DNA from: Enoplolaimus lenunculus | Lineage: Eukaryota | NCBI GenBank assembly: GCA_030248215.1 | Contig: JASANG010000641.1 | Span: 372,001-416,630 of the forward strand | DNA: 44,630 bases | Reading direction: 5' to 3' | Part shown: one piece after another, positions 1-14,038 of the stretch | Layout of the letters: each line of letters begins with the position of its first letter | How positions within the stretch are numbered: position 1 is the first letter of the stretch | Notes under the pieces: generated by a model | Told to the model about the DNA's origin: nothing | What the model saw: only the letters and a program-made list of their open reading frames with translations | Databases searched by the model: none | Made by a program: the position numbers and the translations under genes

Positions 1-1715
1 TGTAACAGTCTAAAAACCGGGGGGGGCGACTTTAGCCTTTAATTATATTAATACTTGACGGGAGAACTGAAAATAAGTACCAAAATACCGTCACGAGCAA
101 CTAAAACCAGACGCGGACGGCACAATACTCAATATTTTCTGGAAAAATAAACTAAATGAATCAATGGAAACAGGATTGTGTATTTAGCAAAAACCACAGC
201 ATTTCCTCAAGTCTCGTTGCAAACAGAGAGGACTACAAAGTGTTAATTAAATTTCATTCCAAATCATATGGGTAAAACATTTGATACTGCCACACATATA
301 AGGTTGGGACCCGGCACCTAAGCCTACGCCACCAATCCTTGGCGATACCAATCTAATCGTAGTGCGATAGTAAGTTGTAGCGTCGACCTTGCTGCGTTGG
401 CTAAGCCGTGTTCGGTATAGGAATAACGCGGTCAGACATATAGTGCCATTGTAGTCCTGACCCGTGCCATATTGGCAACCGAAGTTGAAAGCATCCTGAC
501 TGCCTTAGGAGAAGGATCTTTAGCCGTTTGTATAGGGTTGATGCCGGCTACCCCAATTTTACATAACTTTGCATAAACTTCGGCTAAATTTCTATATTTT
601 CTATATCTTTTGAAAATCGGCCGTCGGGTTACGTGGGCCGCTAACCAACAACCAGAAACAACAGAAACAACAGAAACAACAACAACAACAAAAGCAACAC
701 AGTAACAACCATGAAGCAGGAAAAGCGACAAACAGAACATGGAATACCAGGGACCCCAAATGTGGTGTCGGAAGAAACAAACGAAAGCGGCAGGTCCATA
801 GAGAGGAAACAAGTGTACCACCAATATCGGGGAACCCAAAAGTAAACTCTAACAAATAATTCGCACGCGGATTGTACGTTAAGCTCTTGAAATAAACGAA
901 ATTCTAAAATTTAGAAACCGCTGTTTGTGCGCCTTAGAATCGCTATACCCCGAGGCCTCACAGTTTCGATCTCGACGCAGTCGACGCTCATGCCGCACCT
1001 GATAACAAAATTCTCTCGGATTCCGCCCCAGCTTAAACGTTTCGCGCTATATGGACTAAATACCAAGTAAGCTTTAAGCGCACGTGCACAGATGCATCCT
1101 CACATCGATCCAACAAAATTCCCAAACGTTTTACCCGTTACCAATTATTAAAACCAACGCGGACACTGGTCATCGATCAGAAACCTAATAAACCTAAAGA
1201 AAGCAACATATAAACCTGGCTAAAGAGTGAGCTTAAACCCCTGTTCTCACCTCAAGTTTAAATTAATTATGATTGTAAAAGATAAATTTGATTAATAACA
1301 AACGGTCGTTAAAAAATTATAATAACCAGCATCAGACCGACGCTTTTCTTGGTACATACCCGCTATTTTTGTGTCGGTGACTAGACTTGAAAAAAGCCTT
1401 TGCTGATAACAGGGCGGTCTGTGATTAAATCATATCGAGATGTTAACGCAAAATTAATTGGCCAAAATTTAAATTACCCGTGGAGTGATTATAATTTATG
1501 AAAAATTAATGTAAAATTGAAGTACATTTGTGAATAATTGTAATAATTTTTAAGCAATCATATGATGACAAGGTCCACAGTAGAACAGTTTTAAATTTTA
1601 GAATATATATAACTAGCGACAATTCAAGTGATGCACAAAAATTCTTGAAGAGGCGACTGAGGTCCACTGCATCCTTTTCATTTTTAAAAGTCCACGCAAA
1701 AATACAGTTCCTGTA

Positions 1716-1933
1716 CGCCGTAAATTCCAGTGAATTGATTTTAAATTCAGAATGGGTTGTTGGTTGAATTACGTCTTTCAGAACTCAGAATTGTAAATTG
1801 ATTGTTAATTAATCAGCTCATACGGAATTAAGTTAGACTGAGTTAATGTTTATTGCTAGTCAGCCCCCGAAACATTAGTAAACACTAATTCGTTCTCTGA
1901 GTTAATTAATTAACTCGCTGGAATTTTACAGTG
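1716..1933. mobile_element. CACTG-ended (EnSpm/CACTA-like) MITE with ACTCAG/CTGAGT subterminal repeats
   Basis: ta|cgccgtaaattccag ... ggaattttacagtg|ta; inverted relative to 4878-5131. Confidence 0.75.
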
Positions 1934-2558
1934 TAGAATCTTTGAGAATAAGGAAATTGAGTTTAATATTTTTTCATGTACATTTTCAGTTTGCGATTTT
2001 GCCAAACTCTTCATTCATCAATTGTGAAAAATCACTTTAACATATTGACTTTCAATGCTATTTTGGCAAAATCTAGAGCAAATACAACGTTCATCATGGT
2101 AAAATCAAGACGTGGCACAAAAAATATGTATAAATAAGTCAAGATTTGTTCAAGCTTTACATACATAACATTTCGAGATATATTAAAATTAATGAAACCT
2201 TTTTGTAAAATTCAAAATTCACCGCCGGATAGAAACGACAAAATAATATTTGTTGGTAAAACGACGCTAAAATTACAATTTTGGTCGATATGGTTAATCG
2301 CTAAGACGAGAAGACAGCGTTCGGTGAAAATGTAACAAAATTAAAATAAATTTTTAGCCAAAACTGGCTTCAATTAATTAAAATATTACGGTTTAAGCTG
2401 TTAACCGCTTTACAAGGTATTGAGTTGATGATAAGGATAACGATAGGGAAATCAAACGCATGAAACGTCTATGATGTGAAAAATTAGTGGTCAGGTACTA
2501 TATTTCAACAACTGACTATCTTGTTCTCTTCATGGTACCACCGCGCATTAAGGACCGC

Positions 2559-2710
2559 GGCCAATGTAAAGAACAGTGGCGGAAAAGCTATTAAAAGCAT
2601 ATTCCTAAGCCTAACCCTAAGCCTAAGCCAAGCAAAAAATAGTCTAAAGCGTAAGCATATTCTATTATTGTCCCACAGATTAACGTTCCGCCCCTGATCT
2701 TTACATGAAT
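2559..2710 (+). mobile_element. GGCC-TIR MITE with (CCTAAG)n core (family A)
   Basis: ggccaatgtaaagaacagtggcggaa ... gttccgcccctgatctttacatg; TSD not recognisable. Confidence 0.85.
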
Positions 2711-3210
2711 CAATGCTGCTTACAGTAGGGATTTTAACGTTACCTCTTGTGGGTATCAAGAAAAAACGGCCGCATGGCCAACACACCCCTTTCTGTGGTC
2801 CGAGTACGTTAAATTTCTGTCACTTAGGCCACATACGTAATAATTAAATTTGTTTCTATAATTTTCAGTTTTTGCTATTTTTGGATGAAAGACTTGAATT
2901 TAAGATTTAAAATATTGTAAAATGTCAAATTTTTTGAACTAGAAAATAAACAGAATGCATTAATAAAAACTTATTATCACGAAAGGTACCCTACCGTGCG
3001 TTCAGTTACAGAAAGCAGGTGAGAACTATTTATAAGTTTGTTTTTGTGCTACTAAAAATATGTAAATATAAACCGTTAGAATCGTCGAAACACACGCCGG
3101 CTACCACGATTAAAGCGTGACCCGAAAGTTGCAATTATTAAACATGAACAGATAAATCAAACACGGAACAATGCTCTGTTGTGGTCATACGCTTTGCCAT
3201 TTGTGTTCGA

Positions 3211-3431
3211 ACGGTATCATCACGACAATTCGTCGCCGGCCAACTCGTCGCCTGACAACTTGAAATCGGAAATGTCGTCGATAACAAGTATTCGTCCCTT
3301 ATCATTATGGTTAGGCTTAGGTTTAGGTTTGCGCTTTGGTTTATGCTTAAATTTACTCGTAGTTCATAATAGGTCATAGGACACTGTTGGACGACAAGTT
3401 GTCGGACGATGAATTGTCGTAGGTTCTGTAC
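3211..3431. mobile_element. MITE with ACGACAATTCGTCGCC inverted ends and TTAGG(C/T) core
   Basis: acgacaattcgtcgcc ... gacgatgaattgtcgt; related copy at ~10808-10945. Confidence 0.75.
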
Positions 3432-4877
3432 GAACGCATCATGTTTTGGTTCCAACTAATATATGTATGATACATTTTCTATTCTTACTTTCTAAAAGCT
3501 TAAACTAAATTCAACTAAGTTTAAGCTAAACCAAAACCACTAAACTCATTAAAATTCTGACATATTTTTTATTTTAGTTTAACTTAAAGAACTCTTTATA
3601 CATACGCTATTTCTGGGCTGCACTTGTTAGGTAAACCAAAAAAAAATAAGTTTACTCAAACTTGTGTTAAACTTAACGATATGTACTCTAAGCTAAACTT
3701 TCAATTCCAGTTTAGTTAATGCGTCCAGAGATTTTAGTTTTACTTAAAGTAATATTGAAGTTTAGTTAAGCTATGATTTAAGTTTAAATTATTAGAGAGT
3801 ACGCATGAAATAGTGCGATTTCGTCTCCTACTCAAGCTTAGAAGCGTTCTTCGAAAATAGCTTAAAACAAAACTAATCAACAAACCGTAACACGAACCAA
3901 GAAGTCTAATGTCATAGCTAAAATAAACGAATTATTAATATATTCAGATTCAAATCAAATGTTTAATTTCCGCCTAAAGATAATATCTTTAACAGCATAA
4001 TGAATTCAACTAAACCTTTCCGAACTCGGACGACGTCAGATCAAACTGAATTCTGGTTAAAATTTTTTAATTAAGTTTATTTTGGAGTTTAAATTGAAAA
4101 CAACATCAGCAACATTCTTAACTCGGAGTTTTAGAGCTTGAGATAAGATATTGTGCTCTATTTGAAAATTTTCAAACATCTGTTGTATATGCAACCGATA
4201 TTAATATGTACCATACATCTGTAAGATCGTAGTTTGCATCTATTACGCTATTAGTGATTTCCATGTGCTTAAAATACCCACGGCCGGAGCAACCACACCA
4301 TATACCGATTTGAAAGGCCACACCACTCCTAAAAGTCCCCCTAACCGGTTGAAACAAAAACCGCCGAAGTTTTTGAAATGCGTCTGACGTCTAGCTTACT
4401 TCACTCGCATGTTTTTCACACTATTCAACCTTGACATTATTCTAATGGCTTCACACACTACAAGATATCATAAATTCATCCGAAAAAAAATATTCACGAA
4501 CGATAATAAAAACAATTTTGGCTCTGGTTAAAGCATATTAACATTGTGTAAGCTTTTACCTAAAATATGAGATGTTAAACTCTATGCAGAAAATGTCAAA
4601 AAAAATTCGCGTTGAACCGCGATGTGTGATTCACTTTAAAGATGAGTTCACTTTATAGATGCACCATTTTGCAAGTTTTATATGAAACTGCTTATGGAAA
4701 GGTGTGTCCTCTCAGCTATCAAACACAAGCGTGGGCTCAGACAACCTCACATCAAACATCAAGAAATTCCGGATCCACCTCTACACTGGCGGCCCTCGAC
4801 CGTGTAGTTTGGAGCGTGCACCCCTGTTCGCTCCGGTACTGAAAATACCCAAGCGGCCAGGATATTTAAAATTGCTA

Positions 4878-5131
4878 CACTGTAAATTCCGATGAGTTAA
4901 TTAATCTACTCAGCTAGCGAGTTGGTTATTTCTGAATTAATATCAGCAAATATTAACTCACTCTGAGCTGAGTTGATTCTCATTCTGAGTTGATTTGACT
5001 CTGGTTGAGTTGGTTAATTAATTCATAATCAATTGAATCAACTCAAGATTCTGAGTTCTGATAGTGCTAACTCAGATTGAGTGATTCAACTCATTCTGAG
5101 TTTTGAAATCAACTCACTAAAATTTACTATG
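4878..5131. mobile_element. CACTG-ended (EnSpm/CACTA-like) MITE
   Basis: ta|cactgtaaattcc ... aaatttactatg|ta; many ctgagtt/aactca motifs; partial copy at ~30245-30324. Confidence 0.75.
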
Positions 5132-6221
5132 TACGATGTTAATTAGAATAGGCCGTTTACTTTTAAAAGCACTTAAAGTGCGAGGTATTTATTTCGTAAT
5201 TTATATGGTAAAATAATGCACGCCTTCAACAAAGGCATCTGCTTCGATTTTTCGACAACTCTAACCATGTTTTACATAAAACAGATTATTGCGAACAAAC
5301 AGGATATGACGTTACCTATGAGTTCGTAAACTACCTTGGCTTTCCGAATATCCGAATATTGTTATTTCTCACCTTCGCCTAATTACGCCTCCTTTATGGT
5401 CTTATGATGGCTATTGTTCAGAACGTTATTTCAGGACAAGCTCGGCTTTTACCACTGACGGATTAGATAGAGCCTAGCCCCTGGCCAACAGGGATCAAGC
5501 CAAAGGTTTTCTACTATGGTTTACCACAATGTTTTTCAAGTATTACATCTCGCACGCCTCATTTCTTTTAATTGCAGGATCCGCCCACTGGTGTTTACTA
5601 TAACATCTCCTGTTTTGGTTCCTTACTGCCGAATTGTGTCACTTTGGTGTATAGTTTAGGAAATACAAATTTTGTTCTGAGATCATAAAGTTATTGTATC
5701 AAAGTCAAACAATAATTGTAACGAGTTATTTCTTTCAAATTTTCATGTATTGGAAATCAACACACTACCATGGTGTATCCGGATATCAGTTTTGATTTCC
5801 GGTAAAATCTGCGTCCGTTTCCGTTTCCATTATAAAAGTAACCGAAATTCTATTATTTTTGCGCTCAAAATTAATTCAAAATCAGGTTTATATCTCGCAA
5901 TTTCTAATTACAAATATGCTTGTGTTGTTCGAAATGAAATAAAAATTACAAAGCTCATCCAAGATCTTAAACAGCTAGATGCATCCGCCATTTCCCTTTA
6001 AAATTTGAGGAAGCCCGGTGAATATTTGCACGCCTCAGTTGTGCTGGCAGAAAAGTAAATTTTCCGTTTCCGTTATTCTGATCACTTTCCGTTTCCGTTA
6101 TTTTTACTTCTGTTTGCACCATTTCAGCTACCGAAGACTGTGCACATGGTAAGAAATCCTGTCTTAAAACTATTTTTCATGACAAAAGTAATCCTATATA
6201 ATGAAAGCGTGCTTTCTATTG

Positions 6222-6403
6222 ATCCCATGTATATAAAGATCAGGGGCGGAACGTTATTCCGTAGCAATGGAATAGAGTAAGCTTAAGCTTTAGAGTAATT
6301 TTTTTGTTAAGCTTAGGCTTAGATATAAGCTCATTCTGTCACTTAGGCTTAGGCCTAGGAATATGCTTATACTACTGTTCTGCCCCTGCTCTATACATTG
6401 GCT
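6222..6403 (-). mobile_element. Family A MITE
   Basis: aaagatcaggggcggaac ... gcccctgctctatacattggct with TTAGGC core. Confidence 0.85.
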
Positions 6404-6797
6404 ATAAAGGAAGCAAACTAAAATTTTTAATTACATTACATACCTAATCTATATACCTAAATACTGAAGTATACCTATAACCTCACACAACGGGCGCAAA
6501 AACGCGGAATTACGCGTTACCGACCATAATAAGGCAAGCAATGCCAGAAAATCAAAAATTTTGCAGGCAAATCCTCGCCATATAGCAACGTAATGACCGG
6601 TTTGAAAATCTACTGTAATTAAGAATATTGAAACAACATCTAATTAAATTGAATTTTTAATTTTATATTTGAACTAAAATTGTCTTTAATTGCAACCTGT
6701 CGCATATATTAAACAGTAAAAAATGTTATTTGTCCAACTTTAATACGCGCTGCTTAGCAACCTCAGATGCACAATGCAGTTATGACAAAATTTACCT

Positions 6798-6945
6798 GGC
6801 CCATGTATACAACATGCCGTAACAGTAGCATAAGCATAATCTAAAAGCCTAAGCCTAAGCCTAAGCAAAAATTTAGTCTAAAGCTTAAACTGACTTTGTT
6901 ACAAACCATCCGGAAAACGATCCGAACCTGATCTATACATGAGCT
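6798..6945 (+). mobile_element. Family A MITE with perfect 8-bp TSD
   Basis: TSD atttacct at 6790-6797 and 6946-6953. Confidence 0.9.
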
Positions 6946-8643
6946 ATTTACCTTATATCAGCTATTCTTGTTTAATGTTTAGCTATAGTGACGGGTAATT
7001 TCACACTTGAAAGCTTAATTTATAGAAATTTAACCATGTTCCTAGCTTAACAATACATGCTACAACTTTAGGTTAATACTTAAATTACGTGTAAAACTTA
7101 AGTTTTCCATTGACGACGTATATAAATTTTAAAATTGCTTCCAGATTTGCTGCTGCAAATATATCAAAACCCAGTATATTAATACTGTAACTTCTGTGTT
7201 CGAAGAGTCAATTTGAATATGTCATTCAGTGCAATTTGACTCAATTTACATATAGTTGCACAGGTCCACGTTAATAGCTATGTTTTGTTTTGGTATGGCA
7301 ACGTAGGTACACCCGTTTGCCTAAATCGTCGCCCAATTCATAACCGTTCCTACGTATCGATTAATTCAACTTCAAACTATATTTGTTACCTGAGACAAAG
7401 CAAAGATCCTTTCAACGGCGATCAAAACAAACATTTTGCATTATGATTTAGCCCCAAATATTGTGTTATTGTTCTCGATTCTGAACATTTTTTCGGAAGT
7501 TTTTAGTAAACAGAGGAAACGACGGCCACACTGTTGACGACGAAGTTAAATCAGGCCAGTAGCCAGGTCACCTTGATAAGGTGACTTTTCAGAAAGGGTA
7601 TACAAGGGTTTTCGACGATTTCAAGGTAGAAAATTTTGTGGAGGGGCAAAATTTTTTCCACGTGGACTGAGCTCCTTTTGGTACCCTCTCTGGCTACAGA
7701 CCCGAGTTGGATATTATAATGCTAAAAACAGCAAATAAATCAATACAAAGACTTCTATTTCCGTAGCCGACAGATATACGAAAAAGCGAAAATTTGGTCA
7801 AACGAGCGTTGTAAATTAAAACAAATAAGCGCTTTTGAGCATTTGAAGCTTACGGTAATTAAAAACATGACTTGCGGACCTAAAGCATACGTCAATCCAA
7901 ATCTTAAACTGGCTTTTAAATCTTGATTAATTCAGCAAAGTTAACGTAGAACTCAGAGTTTGCATAAGATGAACGGAAATTACTTGTACGTCAAAGCGCC
8001 ATGTTGTATACGTCTACTTTTAATCGCGGCCAACTTTATATGCCTTTTCGCTAGCCCCCTGTGCATCAACCGAGGCTCCTATTTGAATCGTTAAAGACTC
8101 CAAATTGATCGTTGAGGACCCTGACATCTATCGAGTCATTTTGGTTATCCACCGACAGTTGCTCAAAATGCAGGCCCGTTGAGGGGACGGAAACATTCGT
8201 GCGCTTGTATCCCTGCGAAAAGGGCAAAGCGGGACTAACTCGTTACTAAGGACCGGAAAGCCGATACTCCCAGTTGCACCATAAAAACCAGATTAGTATC
8301 ATTGAGAACACGTATTTCTCATACCACGTACTACACTTTGGTCTTAGCCATAGCCATGCGAATTTGCATTTATGTATACAGTTTAAAGTATAAGCTACAC
8401 CAGTGTTATTTCATTTTTGTAACAAAATATGTTAATTGTCTTAACGAACAGACAAAATTTGGGCCTGAAATCTGCCATCGACTGTCAATTTATCTGGTAA
8501 TAAATGAACCTACTGAAGTTTAGTATAATTATGGGCGCAAAACAATACCGAATACTTTTTTAGTGCCAGATTTGCCCGTTTTTGAAAACAAGCAATGTTG
8601 GCCTGGATTCAGATGAGTTATCAATATCAGTTGTGTCCATTGC

Positions 8644-8799
8644 GGCCAATGTAAAGAACAGGGGCTGAACAGTATTATAAGCATATTCCTAAGCCTAAGC
8701 TTAAGCCTAAGCCAAGCAATAAAATTCGTCTAATGCTTAAACATGCTCCATTCTACTGTCTCACAGGAAAACTCTCCGCCCCTGATCTTTACATGGGCC
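8644..8799 (+). mobile_element. Family A MITE with perfect 8-bp TSD
   Basis: TIRs ggccaatgtaaaga / tctttacatgggcc; TSD tccattgc at 8636-8643 and 8800-8807. Confidence 0.93.
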
Positions 8800-10173
8800 T
8801 CCATTGCTTCGGTTGAAATTTGATTTTCCAGCGCCAAACAACAACAAAAACAATGAACTCACTCAAACTTTCATGCGTATATGCCACAAGACGTTGTTTA
8901 TAATTGTACAACAAGACAAATATAAATTTTTTAACTAAAAATGAATGTCTTCAAAACCACGAAGTCCGCTCTTGAATTTCTTGCCTGCCAAATATGTTGG
9001 ACGACTATGAACGTAGTAGACGCAAAACAATCGGTGTTGATATTTACACCTTCTATAAAACAAGCTACCGAGAACCACATCGAATATCAATGAGAGCATC
9101 ATGACGTATTAAACCAGCACAAGCTTTCATAATTTAAAATAGCGTCAAAGTCCAAAACAGCCGCCAGCCCGTGCTAATTTATTGGTATAAAATACGTCGT
9201 CTGATAATGTTTTTATTCAATTGTAGTAATACTTGAAACGAACGGTGTTCTCATAAAATTGGTATGCCTAAGAAAACATGATTGTATAGATACACTGGCG
9301 TTTTCGAGGAAGATAACCAAAATCGGTGAGTGTCGTTGCGCAATCGGCTAAAATTCGGCCAGAGCCAGCTCACATCGGGTGGGGCAAAATATTTTTTCTA
9401 GAGAAGTATGCAAGGGTTTTCGATGAAGCAAGGTTGAAAATGTTTTAGAATTACCAAAGCTTTTTCAGGTGGCGTGGCGGCGTTTGGCTCCCATGGCCCT
9501 CTTCTGACTACCAGTTTGAAAGTGGGCTTTTGAATTGACCTGCTAAACCGGTTTCCACTAATGGTACAATTAAACTATACTGTTTTGCTTCACGTTGAAA
9601 TTTGCCAAGACCTCAAGGTACTTAATTCTTCATATAAGCAATTTTATACAACTGCACTTTCGATAAAGGCACAATTGAAACGGGTAGAAGATAACATGTT
9701 TGGGCTAAATACAAAAAACAATGCGCATCATTAAGATTGACCGATTTGAATATTCATATATAAAGCTAAGTTTTAAAGTTAGAAAGCATCAGTGGCCGGG
9801 TACAGACCGTGTGATGGGGGTATGTATCATTCTCACCAGATCAGCCCTGCCGTGATGGTAATTTTACGACGCAACTAGTCTATCTGACGCTCAGAATGTG
9901 TTTTTAGCCGAATTGGTGAAAATATTGTGATGTTAACACATATCGGATTCAAAATTTTCGCATCTTCGGCAAAATTGGCAACTTTTGAAAAAATTGCTAA
10001 AAATCATTTTAAAACTGTAAAATTTGGAACACCAAACAGGTCTCCTACTCCATTGCAAAATTCTGGATTCGCCGGGAGAAGCCATACATAGAAACATGGG
10101 CCAAAACATCAAAGAAAAACATCATTTCAACTTCTCATTTCTCAAACATAAACATAAATACTTAAAAACGTAC

Positions 10174-10363
10174 GGCCAATGTAAAGAACAGGGGCGGAAC
10201 AGTATTTAAGCATATTTCCAAGCCTAAGCTTAAGCTTAAGAATGAGCATATTCCTAAGCCTAAGCCTAAGCCTAAGCAAAGCAAAAAAACTTAGTCTAAA
10301 GCTTAATCTCACTCTTTTCTAATCCCACAGAAAAACGGTGCGCCTCTGATCTTTACACGGGCA
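10174..10363 (+). mobile_element. Family A MITE
   Basis: Both TIRs present; flanks aaacgtac / aaacatac. Confidence 0.9.
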
Positions 10364-10916
10364 AAAACATACAATTACTACAGCTTAGACGATCTGCTTA
10401 CCGAAGCTTGCCGTTACGGTCTGGCTGCCGTCCTGCCAAGCTCGAGTAAACTGACGAGATTTAAATAGCAATTTTAAATTTTAAATTAAAAAAATGTGCA
10501 ATACTTTTTGTTTCAAGTGGTCGGTTTCGATGTTAAAGTTTCACAGGAACCAATATTCATTTATATTTGTATATTTTCACACACACATAGCTGAAAAGTT
10601 AACAATGAAAAAATTTGAACCAAACGAAGTATCGATTTTTTGGCTGGACCAGCATCTGAGTTTACCTGGTAACCGTCGTAGTGGGGCTCTGTTTGAATTT
10701 TGTGCCACTCAACAAAATGAAAAAATCACCGCATTGTAAAACAAATCTCCTACAGATTTTTAGTTCAAATCCAGCCCTGACTTCAACGATTCCTGAGAGT
10801 TGCCGAATCTACGACAATTCGTCGCCCGACATATCAATCCTACGGTAATCCTGAACCTATAAGCCTAAGCATAATGATGGGCCACAGATTGTCGAGTCGA
10901 CAGTTTTCTGGTTTAC

Positions 10917-11122
10917 ATGTTGCGAGCTCGAGTTGTCAGGGAACGAAAGGTCATAATACCGATCATCAGGTTGCGAGCTCGAGTTGTCAGGGAACGAAAG
11001 GTCATAATACCGATCATCAGGTTGCGAGCTCGAGTTGTCAGGGAACGAAAGGTCATAATACCGATCATCAGGTTGCGAGCTCGAGTTGTCAGGGAACGAA
11101 AGGTCATATTACCGATCATCAG
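10917..11122. repeat. 51-bp minisatellite, 4 near-perfect copies
   Basis: Unit caggttgcgagctcgagttgtcagggaacgaaaggtcataataccgatcat. Confidence 0.97.
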
Positions 11123-12043
11123 TACAGTAGGAATTTTAATAAACAAATTTACTTGTTACAACGCCAAATCATCCACCTGGGCAAAACGACAACATTGCAA
11201 ACCATCAGAATTGGTTTCAATGCAAGGCCTTAAAGTTCAACTCAGTTGATTAAACATAAATGAAATTAATACACCATGTGGTCGCTCGGAGACAACGTCG
11301 ATTGACCGTAATTCCACTTTTTTCAAAGCTAAATTATAACACAAGCATATTTATCGTCAAGAAAGTTTAAATATTAAAGCACCTTAAACAAAAATTATCA
11401 CACCAGTTCTACAGACTATACGCGAAACGTGTCTTTTGAAGTTAGACGTTGTCTCTAAAGCGTTACTTAATGGTTACAAGGAGCTGAAACAATTTATTCG
11501 GGTACGAGGTAAAATCCGCTAAATAAAGTTTAATATTTTTTGAGTATTTAGTTTGTAAACTTTACGGTGAATATTCAGCGATAGTTAAACGGTACGTCGG
11601 ATTGATTGAGTAAAAAGTCTCAACTTAGAAATGTTTCTCTCAAGCAGTTTTCAATACTGAACCAGGATCCTTCTTTGAAGTTAAAACAAGTTCAGATCAA
11701 CAACTAAAATGAGTGGCGTAACTCAAAATTGAGTCACTAAGCGAAATGAATTAATGCAAAAATTACTATGAAAACTTTGCTGAATTAGGATTAACGTCTG
11801 AATTTTGAGTATATTTCATTCGTTAATTTTCTAAATAGAAATCATACCTGGGGACGTATACACGGAAAAAATGGGGGTGTATCTCGTGAAATTTCACAAC
11901 AAGCTCAAAAAACCAAATTTACAGTCTGCCAGAATGTTGTAATGGTGAACAATTTACTTTGCTCGCAACACTCGCTTGGGAACAACTTCTTGATGCGGTT
12001 ATTGCTTTTTGAAATCAAATCCTTACTGCGCAATTGATCATAC

Positions 12044-12390
12044 CAAGAGCGGATAATCCATGCTCCTAGACAAGAGTATACAATTGAGTACATTTTGTGT
12101 AGATAAGAATGTACCCAGCGCACGATGTGTTTTTGATCGACCGCCCCATTTACTGGAGGGGGTGGTGTTAATTCGTAAAAAGCAAAATTCCAACGGGAGC
12201 AAAAAATGTTCTGCTTATATATTCTTAAAGTTAAGTTGTCTATAAACGTGGTATACATGCCACATCGACCCTCCTCTTAAAATTGGGGTGGATACGGCGA
12301 AATCACGCAAGACGCTCTGGTACATTTTGTACCGTGTAAATCCCACGTAGTTGCACACTCTTAGCTAAATCTGCTGATTATCCACCATTG
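12044..12390. mobile_element. CAAGAGTGGAT-TIR element
   Basis: caagagcggataat ... attatccaccattg; internal similarity to 27494-28194. Confidence 0.75.
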
Positions 12391-13056
12391 AACGTATTAG
12401 ACAAAGTGAACTGAAATCTTTAAATAACAGTTAATCTTCAAATTCAGCAAACTATATTAAGTGAAGATGCTCAGGTTAATATTGATTTCCCTGAATGACG
12501 GTCGAGGTCGAATTACGAAATAATTTTTTAATAAAATATTTTGCTCTAAAATATAGCAGACGAAAAGTTAATCAGAATTAACCCATTCAGTTAGCTGTGA
12601 GTTCCTTGTTTTATTTCGCTCAGTACAACCGTATGAACCCAGTATATTTAAAGTAGCTGGGTAACCAGGGCCGGCGTTAGCATAGTCACCCCCCCACCCC
12701 AAACCGGTCCGAGGGGCCCCCCAATAAAAGGTATAACAGCTGTAGCCATATACTTGTATGAATTCAGGCACATGCAGTATTTGGTGAAACGTTTTAGGGA
12801 TAGTTCGTTCATCTTGTCAAAAAGAAAGTTTGCACTTTCAAAGCCAACTTTGTTGTCCTCAAAAAATTTTAGTTTCCCAAGATGTCGCCTCCCAAAGGTC
12901 GAGGCCCCCAAAATTGGGGGGTTTGGGGGCGCTCCGCCGCTTCTGTGGGTGAGACACTTGAGAGTTGAGAAAACTATAAATGTAAAACTACTGTATATCG
13001 TGACAGATCTTCGCAGTTTAACAGTGCAAATAAAAATTCAACATATATAATTATTA

Positions 13057-13228
13057 GTAGTCATCCGGTTTTGCGCAATACGCAAAAGTTAGCTAATAAA
13101 GAACAATCTGCATGCAATTTTGTTTTCGCAGAACAATCACGTTTCTGTTCCAAGAAAATTTTGTAAACATAAATGCTGGAAAGCTGCCCAAAATACGTAT
13201 GTGGGGTTTTCCAGCTTAAATATGTAGA
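13057..13228 (-). mobile_element. Non-autonomous Helitron (same family as 19861-20067)
   Basis: Shared aatgctggaaag.tgcccaaaatacgtatgtgg; TC start, hairpin ttttgcgtattgcgcaaaa, CTAC end. Confidence 0.78.
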
Positions 13229-13837
13229 TTAAGTTTAGACAAATTACAAGAAACTAATGTAGGAATTCACGTTCGGCTGGAGCAGCTCGGAACACGTTTT
13301 GTCCATGTTGATTCGACGTCAGCGCAAAATATATAATGCGATTTATTGGGAGATTGGCTCTGATCTCAAGTGATCATTGTATACAAGTAGCCATATGTCA
13401 CAATGTCACATTATACCACAGGACGCGAATATCATATATTAAAAGTTCTACCAAATAACGCATGATATTTTTTATGTAGAACAATGTAATTAGTGCGCAT
13501 TAAAACCATAGTAAAGTTAGATTACGTAGCAGTAAACGATTTCGAAAGATGAATTAGCTTCGGCGTTAAATATATTTTCAAGTACAGATAATTCAAATTT
13601 TAAAGTTTACCGTCATATAAGATTTTGCTTTTCGTTTAGGATAGCAATCGTGTATCTGCTATTGTAATTTGGACAAAACGTTTTCTAGGTTGCCTCAGTT
13701 ATATAACGTGAACCCCGCATAAAGTAACGATTAACAGCACAGGTGCAGCAAAAATTGAATTTCTGAACAAAATAAAACCTCGTGTGAAAGTTTTATGTTG
13801 GAACTACACGGTCTGCGCGACCCCTTTTCAAAGTTTT

Positions 13838-14038
13838 TGCCCATGTAAAGATGAAGGGCTTAACGTTTTTCTGTGGGACTAGAAAAAGAAAGCTTAAGCT
13901 TTAGACTATTATTTTTACTTGGCTTAGGCTTAGGCTTAGGATTATGCTCGTTCTTACGCTTAGGCTTAGGCTTAGTCTTAGCCTTAGGCTTATGAATATG
14001 CTCATAATACTGTTTTGCCCATATTCTTTACATTGGCC
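13838..14038 (-). mobile_element. Family A MITE
   Basis: TIRs present; TSD aaagtttt / aaagtttg. Confidence 0.9.

Noticed and set aside
430..477. Kringle-like start CQYGTGQDYNGT on the - strand
   Set aside because: The downstream CQxW and NYCRNPD motifs and credible splice sites are missing; likely chance
8255..8290. Rossmann-like GATGSIG motif on the - strand
   Set aside because: A stop lies five codons upstream and the remainder does not resemble a dehydrogenase
10874..11249. Repeat-protein ORFs or a CRISPR-like array
   Set aside because: Head-to-tail 51-bp units have no unique spacers; the ORFs arise in several frames because the unit is a stop-free multiple of 3; the context is eukaryotic with no cas genes
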